Shown one piece after another: positions 1 through 10,736 of a stretch of 64,000 nucleotides of DNA (positions are counted from its first letter, which is position 1; each line of letters starts with the position of its first letter). The stretch is from Balanoglossus misakiensis (Eukaryota; Animalia; Hemichordata), in the NCBI GenBank assembly GCA_040954595.2, contig CM082591.2, forward strand, positions 5,177,009 through 5,241,008. The letters are read 5' to 3'. The translations under genes were made by a program, and so were the position numbers. Under the pieces are notes generated by a model that ran no database searches, was not told the DNA's origin, and saw only the letters and a program-made list of their open reading frames with translations.

Positions 1-69
1 ATCATATTATTATTAGATGACCAGTGCTTCAGTATTTTTTTAAAATTGCGATACATTAAATAATCCATG

Positions 70-105
70 TCACCTTTGACCTCTGAAGTCCCAGGTACAT
101 ATATT
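70..105 (+). promoter_or_regulatory. Candidate core promoter of the LRR-Ig gene (DR1-like nuclear receptor site plus TATA-like sequence)
   Basis: TCACCT-T-TGACCT at 70-82 (reverse complement AGGTCA-A-AGGTGA, a DR1) and CATATATT at about 98-105, just upstream of a GC-richer segment that ends in a splice donor. Motif evidence only. Confidence 0.3.
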
Positions 106-109
106 GACT

Positions 110-249
110 ACGGCGTGCTCTGGAAGGACAGTCTACTCGCTCCGCGGACCGTCCTCACGTCGACAACTGTGCTCCACTTCACAGAGCAGCAGGGAACACC
201 GTGTTGAGAGTTCTTCCAGCCTTTGTCTGTTTTCAACAGAATCAATCAG
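110..249 (+). other. Probable 5' UTR exon of the LRR-Ig gene (intron 250-1982)
   Basis: Donor CAG|GTAACT at 249/250. Strong acceptor (CTTTATTTTTTGCAG|, ending 1982) lies 29 nt upstream of the ATG at 2012. The exon start is approximate and the donor-acceptor pairing is inferred. Confidence 0.45.
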
Positions 250-1116
250 GTAACTTTCTAAGTGTTTTTTTCACTATCAAGTTGGATTCATGGACATTGC
301 TGGCGTTCTATTTGTTGTGTTACCGGGTAATTGTCTTAACTGTGGGGAAAAAGCAATTGTATCAGATAAAAAAAGTGTACTATAGTACATGGCTACCAGC
401 TTGTCAGTGAGAAAACACATTTATCTTGAGAGAGAAGTATGAAAGAAGGAAAGCAGATAAAACTAACGAATCACTTTGGAAAGTATTTTTTTGCAATATC
501 CGCTTTTAATTTATACCACAACGAGAAATTTCTCCGAAAGTCTCCGTTAATTAATACACTAATATATGACAAAAGGTCCGCCAGATAATTATATTGTGAC
601 GGATATTCTGATGGCGTTGAAGTAACTCTAGCTGTGATCGGTTAATAACTTGAGTTTGCAGTAAATTCGCTAGCAACACATTTGATCCGTAATTTTATGA
701 GAAGTAGATCATGCAAATATTCTTGCAACATTTTAGATCAACATGTTCAATGTGATCATAGCACATCCCTAAATTGCAGACAACTAAATAATACACGTGC
801 AGCCATTTTGCAAGTAAAATCACGATGTATGTCATGATATATTAAATAATGCCCTGTATTTAACGTCTATACGCTGTCAGACCCTTGAAATTACAACTTT
901 GAAATGGTGGATCGGAACGGTTTCCTGACAGATACTGTTATATTTTACAAAAAGACTCTTACAAACGTTCAATTAGAATTCAAAACGTTAAACCTTAAGT
1001 TCATTTACATATTGGTACCAAATGACTTCTATCACTTGTTTAAAACAGCCTACAGTGTGTGAACAACCATAGGGCGCCACTAAACAGTTCTCTGGATATT
1101 GGCGCCATATAAATGT

Positions 1117-1118
<2 letters not shown>

Positions 1119-1174
<56 letters not shown>
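1119..1174. repeat. (TTGA)n tetranucleotide microsatellite
   Basis: About 14 perfect TTGA units are visible; they explain the SINQSINQ ORF. Confidence 0.95.
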
Positions 1175-1177
<3 letters not shown>

Positions 1178-2011
1178 TTGTCCAGCATTCAGCATTGAAT
1201 TTAAAACTACTCAAAGTGTTCATTATCTCTTTAGAACGGTTTAGAGGATATAGTCCATGTCTGTCACATTTCAGACCTCAACTCCCAATTAGTTTCAAGT
1301 CAACAATCACTATGCTGCGGCACTATTGTACACACCAAGCTTCCTGCTGACAGCTTTTTATACAGTTAGTGTAAAAGATGGCTTTGCATTCACCCACGGC
1401 AGCCTTCAAGCTTCTTTGCAGTTTCAACTAAAGTTTAGACAACAGCAACCTGCACGACAACTTCTTTGCACAATAATGCTTAAAGGTTCATGCCACAATG
1501 CAAGCTCTGATGAAGATATGTCTTTACCCCCCACCCCCCGCCCTCTTCCAACCTGGAAAAAACTAATCTCCCGATTTGTTCAGTGGAAGGGTGTTCCACA
1601 GTTTCGGTGCAACAGAAGAAAGAAGTCACGTCCACCATAGTTTTAGAAAGAAAAAACTGAATGCTGTAGACAAACATGGCGTAAACAATGCAGAGAATAC
1701 CCGCTGTCTATTCATTGTACATTATGCCTTTCAATCAGAGAGCTCGACGGCTGATAATCTCTCTGTGAATTAAAAAATTAAGATGGTGAAAGCATATTTC
1801 TTTCTGTTTTACAAGCGGGTTCCTCACACACTTATAGAACAGCAAATAATTGAAACATTTGGTGGATATAATTCTTCTGAAAATCTGTACCCACCGCGTT
1901 CTACTTGTTTATATTTTCCTTTGGCATTGAAATAACACAGATATGTAATAATCTGTTATTACTAACTCTTTATTTTTTGCAGAATACGTCACTTGCGAGG
2001 ATAAATGCAAT

Positions 2012-4966
2012 ATGGGGAATCTTCGCAGACTCTTGTTGGTTCTGACTACTCTTGCACTACTCCGAACCGTACAAGGGTGCCCGGGAAACTGTATATGTAG
2101 TGGTACTGCGGTTTATTGCGGTAAGAGGGAGTTAACTGTAATCCCTCCTGACATACCATTGGACACAAGCCTTCTCCAACTCAATGATAACCTTTTGACA
2201 AGTCTTGAAAACGGCACTTTTATGACATTTTTCGACCTGAAACACCTGTACCTGTCCGTCAACAACATCAATCACACTGCAGAGGGTGCCTTTACTGGTC
2301 TTCGAGGTTTGACGATACTATACCTAAATAGAAACCTGCTGTCGTCATTACCCAGTAAAATATTCAACGACCTGCGTCAGCTGAGTACACTTAGCCTATC
2401 TCAAAATATGCTACGCGCATTACCAGAAACGATATTTGAAAATTGCTCCGAACTTAAACATCTATACGTCGAAAGCAATCAAATCACAACGCTACCGGAA
2501 AACATTTTTAAGAAAACGGACAAATTGGAAAGATTATACTTCAATCACAATCTGCTGACGTATTTGCCAGGAACTCTCTTCCACGGCCTTAAAAATCTCC
2601 GTAACATTCACCTCGGTAACAATAAACTCACTTGTCTTCCGGAAAACCTCTTCCATGGCTTGACGAATCTCCAAAGTTTGTTCTTGTTCGAAAATTCAAT
2701 CAGCAAGTTGCCTGAAGATATTTTTAGGGGGTTAGGCGAACTAAATCTCCTGTCGCTGAGCAAAAATTCTTTACTTTCATTTTCAGAAACCATTTTTCTT
2801 GGGTTGACTAAATTGGAAAGCTTAACCTTATCGTTTAATGCAATCACATATTTGCCGGATAAAATCTTCCATGGACTTCATCAATTGACGCATGTGTATT
2901 TTCACAATAATAATATTTCAACACTGCCCGGAAATATTTTCAATGGATTGGATGATTTAGAGATTTTATACATGTACAATAACCCATGGTCATGTGACTG
3001 TCGTTTAAGGGACGTCCTGGCGTGGTTGAATGGTGAAAACAATTGGATACATTTTGGCCCCGAAGTCACAAGATGCAAGTCACCAGGTCCCCTTGCAGGA
3101 CGCGATATGTTGCAAATACCTTTAGAGAATTTTACATGTTACCCACTTCCGGTATTCAGTGCTCCAATCAAAACAATCACCACTGCAATTGGCAACAATG
3201 TAACTATGGACTGTGACGTATTTGGCGAGCCGGAACCTGATAGATATTGGGTCAGTCCTGCAGGAAAGATTATCCGAAGTCAAACAGAGAACCCGTGCTC
3301 TGAAGAAAAGATTGTTCAACAAGATAATGGAAGTCTCTTCATCCCATCTGTAGAGGTGTCAGAGTTGGGTTCGTATTCGTGCGTGGCGACGAACTCGGAA
3401 GGGACGTCCTTAGGAATTAGAATGCTTAACATAAATTCCACGGGACAGCCTATTCAAATTGGAACAACAGAAACCATGCCGTCAACACCTGGAGACATAT
3501 CAACGGTTTTCAAAGAGGACGCTGCTCTGAAAACAGAAAAGACTTCAGAAGTGTCAGGAGCCATCATAACACCAACAGCTCCCAATCACAACACAAGTCC
3601 AAGAATGGTTAATGCTGGCACTACAGAAATCACAACAGATGCAGATACAGGTGAAAATGGAACTTCTGCTATAGGTACAGATATATATACAGATATAGAC
3701 GCGGATACAGACGCAGATGTAACGCCATCAACACCTGCAGGTATCTCAACAGTTTTCGAAGCGGACACTGCTCTCAAAACAGAAAAGACTTCAGAAGTGT
3801 CAGGAGCCATCCTACCACCAACAGCTCCCAATCACAACACAAGTCCTAGAATGGTTAATGCTGGCACTACAGAAATCACATCAGATTCAAATACAAGTGA
3901 AGATGAAACTGCAGCTACAGGTCCAGATACGGATACAACTGCAGATGTAGATGCAGGTACATATATAACTTCAGCTAGAGGTACAGGTACATATACAAAT
4001 ACGAATGCAGATGTAACTTCAGCTAGAGGTACAGATACATATACAAATACGAATGCAGATGTAACTTCAGCTAGAGGTACAGATACATATACAAATACGA
4101 ATGCAGATGTAACTTCAGCTATAGGTACAGATACATATACAAATACGAATGCAGATGTAACTTCAGCTATAGGTACAGATACATATACAAATACGAATGC
4201 AGATGTAACTTCAGCTAGAGGTACAGATACATATACAAATACGAATGCAGATGTAACTTCAGCTATAGGTACAGATACATATACAAATACGAATGCAGAT
4301 GTAACTTCAGCTAGAGGTACAGCTACATATACAAATACGAATGCAGATGTAACTTCAGCTAGAGGTACAGATACATATACAAATACGAATGCAGGTGGAA
4401 CTTCAGCTATAGGTACACGTACATATACAGATATAGATGCATATGGTGATAAGGTCACAGGCACATGCATATGTTCAAGACGAGAACAATACGCAAATAC
4501 TGCAGGTACAGACACGGTTACGGATACTCCAGGTATAGATTCGGGAACCGATACATTTACTGGTATAACTGTGCATACAAACACGCATATCGGCCAATTA
4601 TCCACCGACGTGGCTGTCCCAACCGTAAGCTCAAGCAGCACAACACAACCGATGATTACAGATGAAAGGAAACCTACTGCAGCCGCATCAAACGGAGCAA
4701 AGAACGCGTCGGTCCAACCTGTTAACGGCTACACAGTGATTGGCTTTTTCCTTGGAATGTTCACCGCCGTGGCGGCATTTGGAACAGTGTGTGCGATCAG
4801 GTACTGCCGCCGTAAAGTTACTATGTCTCACAGTAAGACTAGTACTACAGAAGGTATTGTGGAAGGTATCAACAACAGAAACTGCTCTGCTGAAGGCGAT
4901 TTCAACACTAAGGGGGATGAGATGCTTAAGGAAGCTTACTCTGAAATAGCTTTGTCAGAAGTGTAA
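2012..4966 (+). CDS. Type I transmembrane LRR-Ig receptor (signal peptide, LRRNT, about 12 LRRs, LRRCT, one Ig domain, Thr-rich repeat stalk, TM, short cytoplasmic tail), 984 aa, intronless CDS
   Basis: Signal peptide MGNLRRLLLVLTTLALLRTVQG; LRRNT CPGNCICSGTAVYC; 11 full 24-aa LxxLxLxxNxLxxLPxxxFxxL repeats plus a truncated one; LRRCT NNPWSCDCRL..C..P..L.G; Ig I-set motifs (VTMDC, YWVSP, DNGSLFI, GSYSCVATNSEG); TM VIGFFLGMFTAVAAFGTVCAI (about 4736-4798) followed by RYCRRK. Confidence 0.95.
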   Translation: MGNLRRLLLVLTTLALLRTVQGCPGNCICSGTAVYCGKRELTVIPPDIPLDTSLLQLNDNLLTSLENGTFMTFFDLKHLYLSVNNINHTAEGAFTGLRGLTILYLNRNLLSSLPSKIFNDLRQLSTLSLSQNMLRALPETIFENCSELKHLYVESNQITTLPENIFKKTDKLERLYFNHNLLTYLPGTLFHGLKNLRNIHLGNNKLTCLPENLFHGLTNLQSLFLFENSISKLPEDIFRGLGELNLLSLSKNSLLSFSETIFLGLTKLESLTLSFNAITYLPDKIFHGLHQLTHVYFHNNNISTLPGNIFNGLDDLEILYMYNNPWSCDCRLRDVLAWLNGENNWIHFGPEVTRCKSPGPLAGRDMLQIPLENFTCYPLPVFSAPIKTITTAIGNNVTMDCDVFGEPEPDRYWVSPAGKIIRSQTENPCSEEKIVQQDNGSLFIPSVEVSELGSYSCVATNSEGTSLGIRMLNINSTGQPIQIGTTETMPSTPGDISTVFKEDAALKTEKTSEVSGAIITPTAPNHNTSPRMVNAGTTEITTDADTGENGTSAIGTDIYTDIDADTDADVTPSTPAGISTVFEADTALKTEKTSEVSGAILPPTAPNHNTSPRMVNAGTTEITSDSNTSEDETAATGPDTDTTADVDAGTYITSARGTGTYTNTNADVTSARGTDTYTNTNADVTSARGTDTYTNTNADVTSAIGTDTYTNTNADVTSAIGTDTYTNTNADVTSARGTDTYTNTNADVTSAIGTDTYTNTNADVTSARGTATYTNTNADVTSARGTDTYTNTNAGGTSAIGTRTYTDIDAYGDKVTGTCICSRREQYANTAGTDTVTDTPGIDSGTDTFTGITVHTNTHIGQLSTDVAVPTVSSSSTTQPMITDERKPTAAASNGAKNASVQPVNGYTVIGFFLGMFTAVAAFGTVCAIRYCRRKVTMSHSKTSTTEGIVEGINNRNCSAEGDFNTKGDEMLKEAYSEIALSEV
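3479..3930 (+). repeat. Intragenic 246-bp (82-aa) duplication in the receptor stalk
   Basis: PSTP..ISTVF..D.ALKTEKTSEVSGAI..PTAPNHNTSPRMVNAGTTEIT occurs twice, starting at 3479 and 3725. Confidence 0.92.
3965..4444 (+). repeat. Coding minisatellite: about 10 x 48 bp (16 aa, VTSA[R/I]GTDTYTNTNAD)
   Basis: The unit GTAACTTCAGCTAGAGGTACAGATACATATACAAATACGAATGCAGAT recurs every 48 bp (4013, 4061, ...) and copies are nearly identical. Confidence 0.97.
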
Positions 4967-5717
4967 CCCGATTGCAAGAGAAGGAATCATACTTGCATGT
5001 CGCCTTAATTGTTACCCATGCAATCTGAACGAAGATCGAGTTTAGCCTGTATATTACCACATTTTTTGTAAGGTGTTTTACGCGATTATATAAGCTGAAA
5101 TATGTACTTTATAAAATTCTGTCTTTTTGTGACTTACATAACAAGTGCACTGGTTTTCTATTGCAGAAATCTTTGGTATTAACATGTTATCAAGAATGTT
5201 TTCCTTGCGATATTAAGTAATATTCATTTATTCAGATATATTGTACATTTTTTCATATTTTTTCTATAACGTTAACGATTATCATAGGAAAATATATTAA
5301 AATATCGCTCTCAAATAACGGTATAAATAACCATGATAATTTCACCAGATAACTACATGTATCTAGTATAATTTTCATTTTTCCGACGTAATAAAGAATA
5401 ATTTTGCAATTTCTCTGACGGATTAGCGTATATTCGATTACATAAAAGATCACATGCATTAATATTATAGATATATCCCCAACTCGTGTGAGAAATATGA
5501 TCCCAGGTCCTTGGGAGTGTGAGATTCTATTAATCCGTCCGCACATTGCTGCTGTGATTGAGGTATTTCAGCAACGGAGGCAGATGACATACATGTATAA
5601 CAAATCTACATCATTTATTCCCCATTTGGAATCTCAATACAGGGCAGCAGGGACATGAAAACTGAAACAATAAATATTTACTCTGAACTGTTACACGACA
5701 GTTGAAAAACAAAAACA

Positions 5718-7437
5718 AATTAAAGCTGCAAGCAGCATTGTCCGGGCCCAAGCTCTATTATCTGATCTGATTATTAGATATGCACATAATTAATGAGTAG
5801 AAACATAATGCTGTGTTTTATCCCATGAAATATCAAGGTTATATCTATGTTTGGTGTTGATATAGTGTTAAGTAGGTCAAAGGTCATCTGAGGTCACCCA
5901 AAATTTGGGCAGAAAATTTTGACCCATAGTGGTCCATGTCCAACAAAAACCAGACCTCTAGCCCTTTTGGTTAGCCCGGAATTAGGTATGCACATAAATA
6001 ATGCGTAAAGCAGGTGTCACAGGTGACCCAAAACTTTGGCTTTTCATTATGGCCCCATACCTCCAAATGCCAAGACTGTACCTGCTTTGGATGCCGATAT
6101 ATGCAAAAGTAGGTCAAAGGTCATCTGAGGTCATCCAAAATTTGGGCAGAAAATTTTGACCCATAGTGGTCCATGTCCAACAAAAACCAGACATCTAGCC
6201 CTTTTGGTTAGCCCGGAATTAGGTATGCACATAAATAATGAGTAAAGCAGGTGTCACAGGTGACCCAAAACTTTGGCTTTTCATTATGGCCCCATACCTC
6301 CAAACGCCAAGGCTGTATCTGGTTTGGATGTCGAGATATGCAAAAGTAGGTCAAAGGTCACCCGAGGTCACCCAACATTTGGGCAAAATATTTTGACCCC
6401 ATACTGGTCCATGTATAACAAAAACAAAACCTCTAAGGTCTATTGGTTGATCATTAATTAGGTATGCGCATATTTAATGAGGTCACCAGAGGTCAAAGGG
6501 GTCATGAAAAGTAGCAAAATTTTTTGATCACATACAAATCCACATACATCAAAAACCAAACTTATAGCCCTATTGGGTAGCCTGGAATTAGATATGCAGA
6601 AAAATGATGCGTCAAAAGTAGGTCAAAGGTCATTGCCAAAATTACCAAAATATTTATAGCTTATTCTTGGCATATGATGATTCATATCCATAAAAAGAAT
6701 TTCTGTGCTATCAATTTTTAGGCTAGAAAGGGAATTTTTACTTTTTAATTGTTTTTCACAAAATCCAATATGGCCGCCATAATCTTCGACCAATTACATT
6801 CTTCTTCGCAAATTTGATAGACATCTGTTTAATGACCACACACACCAAATCTTGTGACTCAGTTATCGCCGGTTCTTGAGAAGAAGATTTTTGAAATTTT
6901 ACTAGGGTTTTACGAAAATCCAATATGGCCGCCATAATCTTCGACCAATCACAATGATCTTCGCAAACTTGATAGACATCAGTTAGGTGACCACATACCC
7001 AAAACCCCGTGTCTTGGTTTTCACTGGTTCTGGAGAAGAAGATTTTTAAAATTTATGCCAGATTTCAGAAAAAAAATTGTAGCAAAAAACTGCAACTTTG
7101 TCAGCATAATTTCTAATTACAAAAATGATGGGCAGAAGGTAGTCTACCAGCTTGCCAAATTTGAAGTCGATCTGACTTGTAGTTTCTGAGATCTGAGATT
7201 TGCATTTTTTCAGAAAATCCAAGATGGCCGCCAGGTCACGTGACTAATTAAAAATTCAAGGGTTCAATGCACGACTACTCATTGACCTTGACCACTGTAG
7301 CAAGTTTCAGAAGTGTACCTGCAGCGGTGTCTGAGATCTCGTGGGTCAAAGAATTGACACAAGAATAAAGAAAGAAAGAAAGTAAAATTCCAACGAAACC
7401 AATACGGGCCCAAGCCTGGCTTGGCTTGGGCCCGTAA
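5718..7437 (-). mobile_element. Non-autonomous Helentron/Helitron2-like element (HINE) with internal tandem arrays
   Basis: On the minus strand: a 5' hairpin TACGGGCCCAAGCC-n6-GGCTTGGGCCCGTA (7403-7436), a (TTTC)n microsatellite, internal 237-bp repeats (5874/6111/6348) and about 155-bp repeats (about 6760/6915), a 3' subTIR GCTTGGGCCC (5744-5753) and a terminal stem-loop GCTGCTTGCAGC (5725-5736) running into T residues. This matches the DINE-1/HINE architecture. Confidence 0.75.
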
Positions 7438-8273
7438 AAATGAAACATTCAACAGTTTGATATTTTCAGATGTAGAAATGACACGCCACTTGAGTTTTTA
7501 GTTTACAATACAGACACATGTGCACGTGATTGATATTACAATATTCAACGCACCAAAGGAAATTCACTTTAAAGGTTGTTACTGCAGCATTGCATTTGTC
7601 TACTTTTCTGAGTTTCGTATTCGATTTGCTGCAGTACACAGTTGATTAGAATTCATATTTCCACAACAAAATAGTGAAATTACCGCACGAAATGAGGTCT
7701 CTCTCAGTGATATTTTGGATGTTACACTAAATTTCAAGTAAATCGCTTTGAGTCGAAAATGAAAATAATACACTTGCACAGTCGAACTAGACAGTATCAT
7801 TATGCAAATATCAGCTTACAAAGTGAAAGACAGTCAAATTAAAGAAAGTGAAATATAGTAATATGTACAACGTTATTTTGTATAGGAGGAAAGTGATTTG
7901 AAAGAAGAGTTGACAAAGGATGTACATTGAAGTGTCTTCAAAACAAAAACAAACAAAGCAAACAACAGTTTTTTTAAAAGTCTTTAGAGTTACGAAATTT
8001 TTCTTGTCCAGTTGTTCCTCTGTACAACCTGCGTTGTCAATTTAGTATCCATGGCAACAAGAGAGACAAGTATCGCGCCGTCAAAAGAATACTGGTTCGG
8101 TGATAGTCTTCAGTTCATGGCCGCCAACTCCGACAGCGGTATTTGTCCACCGAAGAGGGCGCTCTTTTAAAAGTTTCCACCACCGGAAGTAATTCTTGTA
8201 AATTTCGCGCCAATCGACAGAATTGGCGAGTTCTTCCCCCCCCCCCCCGGTCTTTCCCCCATTGACGGGTCGT

Positions 8274-8693
8274 CTACATTTTGTGATTGCTGTTGATTTT
8301 ATTCAGCATTTTGTTGATGACTTGTTTCACTTGCTGGGACGAGCTCCGCCGCCTCTGCTTGCCTTCCAGGGCCCTGCGCCTGCGCACCTCGCGGTAGAGT
8401 TCATGGAACGCCTCCTTGGGGAGCTCCTCGCCCTCACAGGCGGACCCCTCGTAGAAGGCACAGGCAAGTTCCGTGGCGAGCTTCTCGCCTTCCTCCGTGC
8501 TCACGACCCTCTCGTGCTCCAAGTCCGATTTGTTGGCAAGAATCACCACGGAAACGTTCCTGGCTTTTTTCAAGTCGTCCAGGTAATGTTTGATGTGGAC
8601 GATGTCTTCAAAACTCTGTCTGTCCGTAACGCTGTACACACATAGGAATCCATCTCCCCATCTCACGTGACCTTCGCGATGGATATTATTCTC
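8274..8693 (-). CDS. RERG: RERG (Ras-related and estrogen-regulated growth inhibitor) orthologue, coding exon 4 of 4
   Basis: Acceptor GCAACAG| at 8694. Encodes [36 protein letters not shown] (G4)..FYEGSAC (G5)..[26 protein letters not shown], matching the RERG C-terminus; no CAAX box. Confidence 0.93.
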   Translation of the reverse strand, partial: ENNIHREGHVRWGDGFLCVYSVTDRQSFEDIVHIKHYLDDLKKARNVSVVILANKSDLEHERVVSTEEGEKLATELACAFYEGSACEGEELPKEAFHELYREVRRRRALEGKQRRRSSSQQVKQVINKMLNKINSNHKM

Positions 8694-9071
8694 CTGTTGC
8701 ATGGCAAGAGGAAAAAAAGAGCGCACACTATTATATAGAGTAACAGATATTTTTTTTGTAAAATTTACTTGATAACAATATAATATATTGGTGGAAGAAT
8801 ATGCTTAGAGAAAAATAAACTTCTCATAGGCGGATAGGGTACGGTACGGTATATGGTAGGTATGGTGTGGTGGGGTTTATTGAACATGTTGAACAGTCAT
8901 GGAGCGTCTTCGTGAAATCAGAGCGCCGCCAATCGACGACATCGATGTACAGCTGCGTATGCTCCCACGGTATCGCAGGCTGTCCATCGCCAACCAAGTC
9001 TCAATGTCAAAATTTGGCCTTGCGGGGGCAGTGCACGAAGGGGGGTACACAACACTGGGAAAATTCCTCAC

Positions 9072-9145
9072 CTGGCCAGCTGTATCAAGGATTTCCATGG
9101 AGACCTGCTCGTCGTCAATAACAGTCTGGTGCCGATATGTAAACT
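9072..9145 (-). CDS. RERG: RERG coding exon 3 of 4 (74 bp)
   Basis: CCTCCAG| ... |GTGAGG boundaries; encodes (E)FTYRHQTVIDDEQVSMEILDTAGQ (G3 box); phases are consistent with the neighbouring exons. Confidence 0.93.
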
Positions 9146-10247
9146 CTGGAGGTGGTAAACAGAAAATAATACTATTGAAAGCCTACTTGAGATCATAAAG
9201 TATTGATTGGATTCAGTCTAATTAGTGTGGATAGGTTATCAGAGTTCAAAAAACAAGTCTGTGGAGGAGCGATGAAGCGAGCCATCGACGATACAGTTCA
9301 TTGCTCTGTGTGTTCATTGACCTTGCAGGGAAGGAAGAGGCATTCACAAACACATGGTGTTGTCATCAACTCGGTCAAAAATAGCAAGCTATGAAAATTA
9401 TTCGGTTAGGGACCTTTCGTGATCTGGTCGTTGCGCCCAACATGATATATACATGCGCCCGAAGTCTTGACTGTTGTGTAAAATGAACGCAAGCAAATCG
9501 ATATACCATGATCGCGAATCCGATCTTGGGCGGTGGAAATCTGCACGTTGTGCGGCGCTAATTTTGTTCCTTGTCAGTGCTTTGGGATATTTTTGGCCGC
9601 ACAAGTCTTACTCTGCGGTAGACAAACTTCTTACAACTGTATCAAATGTGTGCTTGCCGCTCCTAACCTGCACGTACGTACGAGGGTATCCAGTTCTCCG
9701 GAACTTAAAACTAAACCTCCTTAACTAACTTAATTTCTGTACTTTATCACGACCAATTCAACCACGAAATATTTGCCACCAATCTACATTTGAACACCCT
9801 TGACGGGACAACACAGATATATTGGGCCGAGAAAAAGCGGTTGCTGACCGCAACGATATTTCAACACCAACCGGATACGGCGTGATCGCCATTCCTTCGT
9901 ATATTCGTCCCTCGGGGCGAGACCTTACTAGCGTGACTTGTGTTCATATTGGTGTATTGCTTCCTAACCTTAGGGGTTATCAATGTTGTGTATATCTCCT
10001 GAAACAATCTTCGGAGGCCGTCACTTTGTTCCATGAAAACACTCACTAACTCGGCGTTATAAATTGCCGAGAGTCTAAAAATAAACCCAGGCTATTAGGC
10101 CAGCACATGCCACGGTATTTTGTGGTCGCTCACAGCTTGTAAAAATTCCATGTGGTCGGCAATTCTCTGGTAGTTTAAGGACAGATGTTGAACTTAGAGT
10201 TTTCACTGTGCGCACACAGTGCCATAAACATTGGATTGTAAACTTAC

Positions 10248-10304
10248 CCAAGGTAGGATCATATTCCCAGATGAAACGTCTCGTTAGAAACCGAACGACA
10301 GTTG
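10248..10304 (-). CDS. RERG: RERG coding exon 2 of 4 (57 bp)
   Basis: TTTTTGCAG| ... |GTAAGT boundaries; encodes (A)TVVRFLTRRFIWEYDPTL(E), the RERG switch-I signature FIWEYDPTLE. Confidence 0.93.
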
Positions 10305-10736
10305 CTGCAAAAAGAAGCGAAAAACAATACAGTCAGTGTCTCATTATTTCCCGCCTCGAAAATCATATATTTTGTTGGAGAGTTTCTTGTGAATTTAAGG
10401 TGCCAAAGTTTTGTGGAGTGCACGGAAAGGGGTTTCACTCGGCTTAACTTGAATTATTTGGCAGGACTTCAGAAAAAACATTATCAGAGTATACGTAAAT
10501 TCCGTCGCTTGTTTTCACAAGAGAGCGACGACAGCCTCTTGTTCAAACTCGATTGCGCATGACCAAACGGTTCACCGCAATTGAATTGGTCATTTCTCTG
10601 CAATGTAAACAAGAGCTTAAGTCTGCCGTTGGTGTTTCATGAACAGACTATTTTCGGTTCAAATATCTGTCACATTTCAAGATGTTTCACATACATCAAC
10701 GGCGTATTCCCTTGGGCGAGTGTTTTACATATTGGC

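Noticed and set aside
3586-4641. Antisense ORFs (269 aa and 81 aa) opposite the receptor stalk
   Set aside because: These are shadows of the in-frame 48-bp and 246-bp coding repeats on the plus strand.
8223-9198. Plus-strand ORFs overlapping RERG exons, and ORF-track starts at 8726 and 9098
   Set aside because: They are antisense shadows or intron read-through; the spliced model gives a complete RERG with consistent phases.
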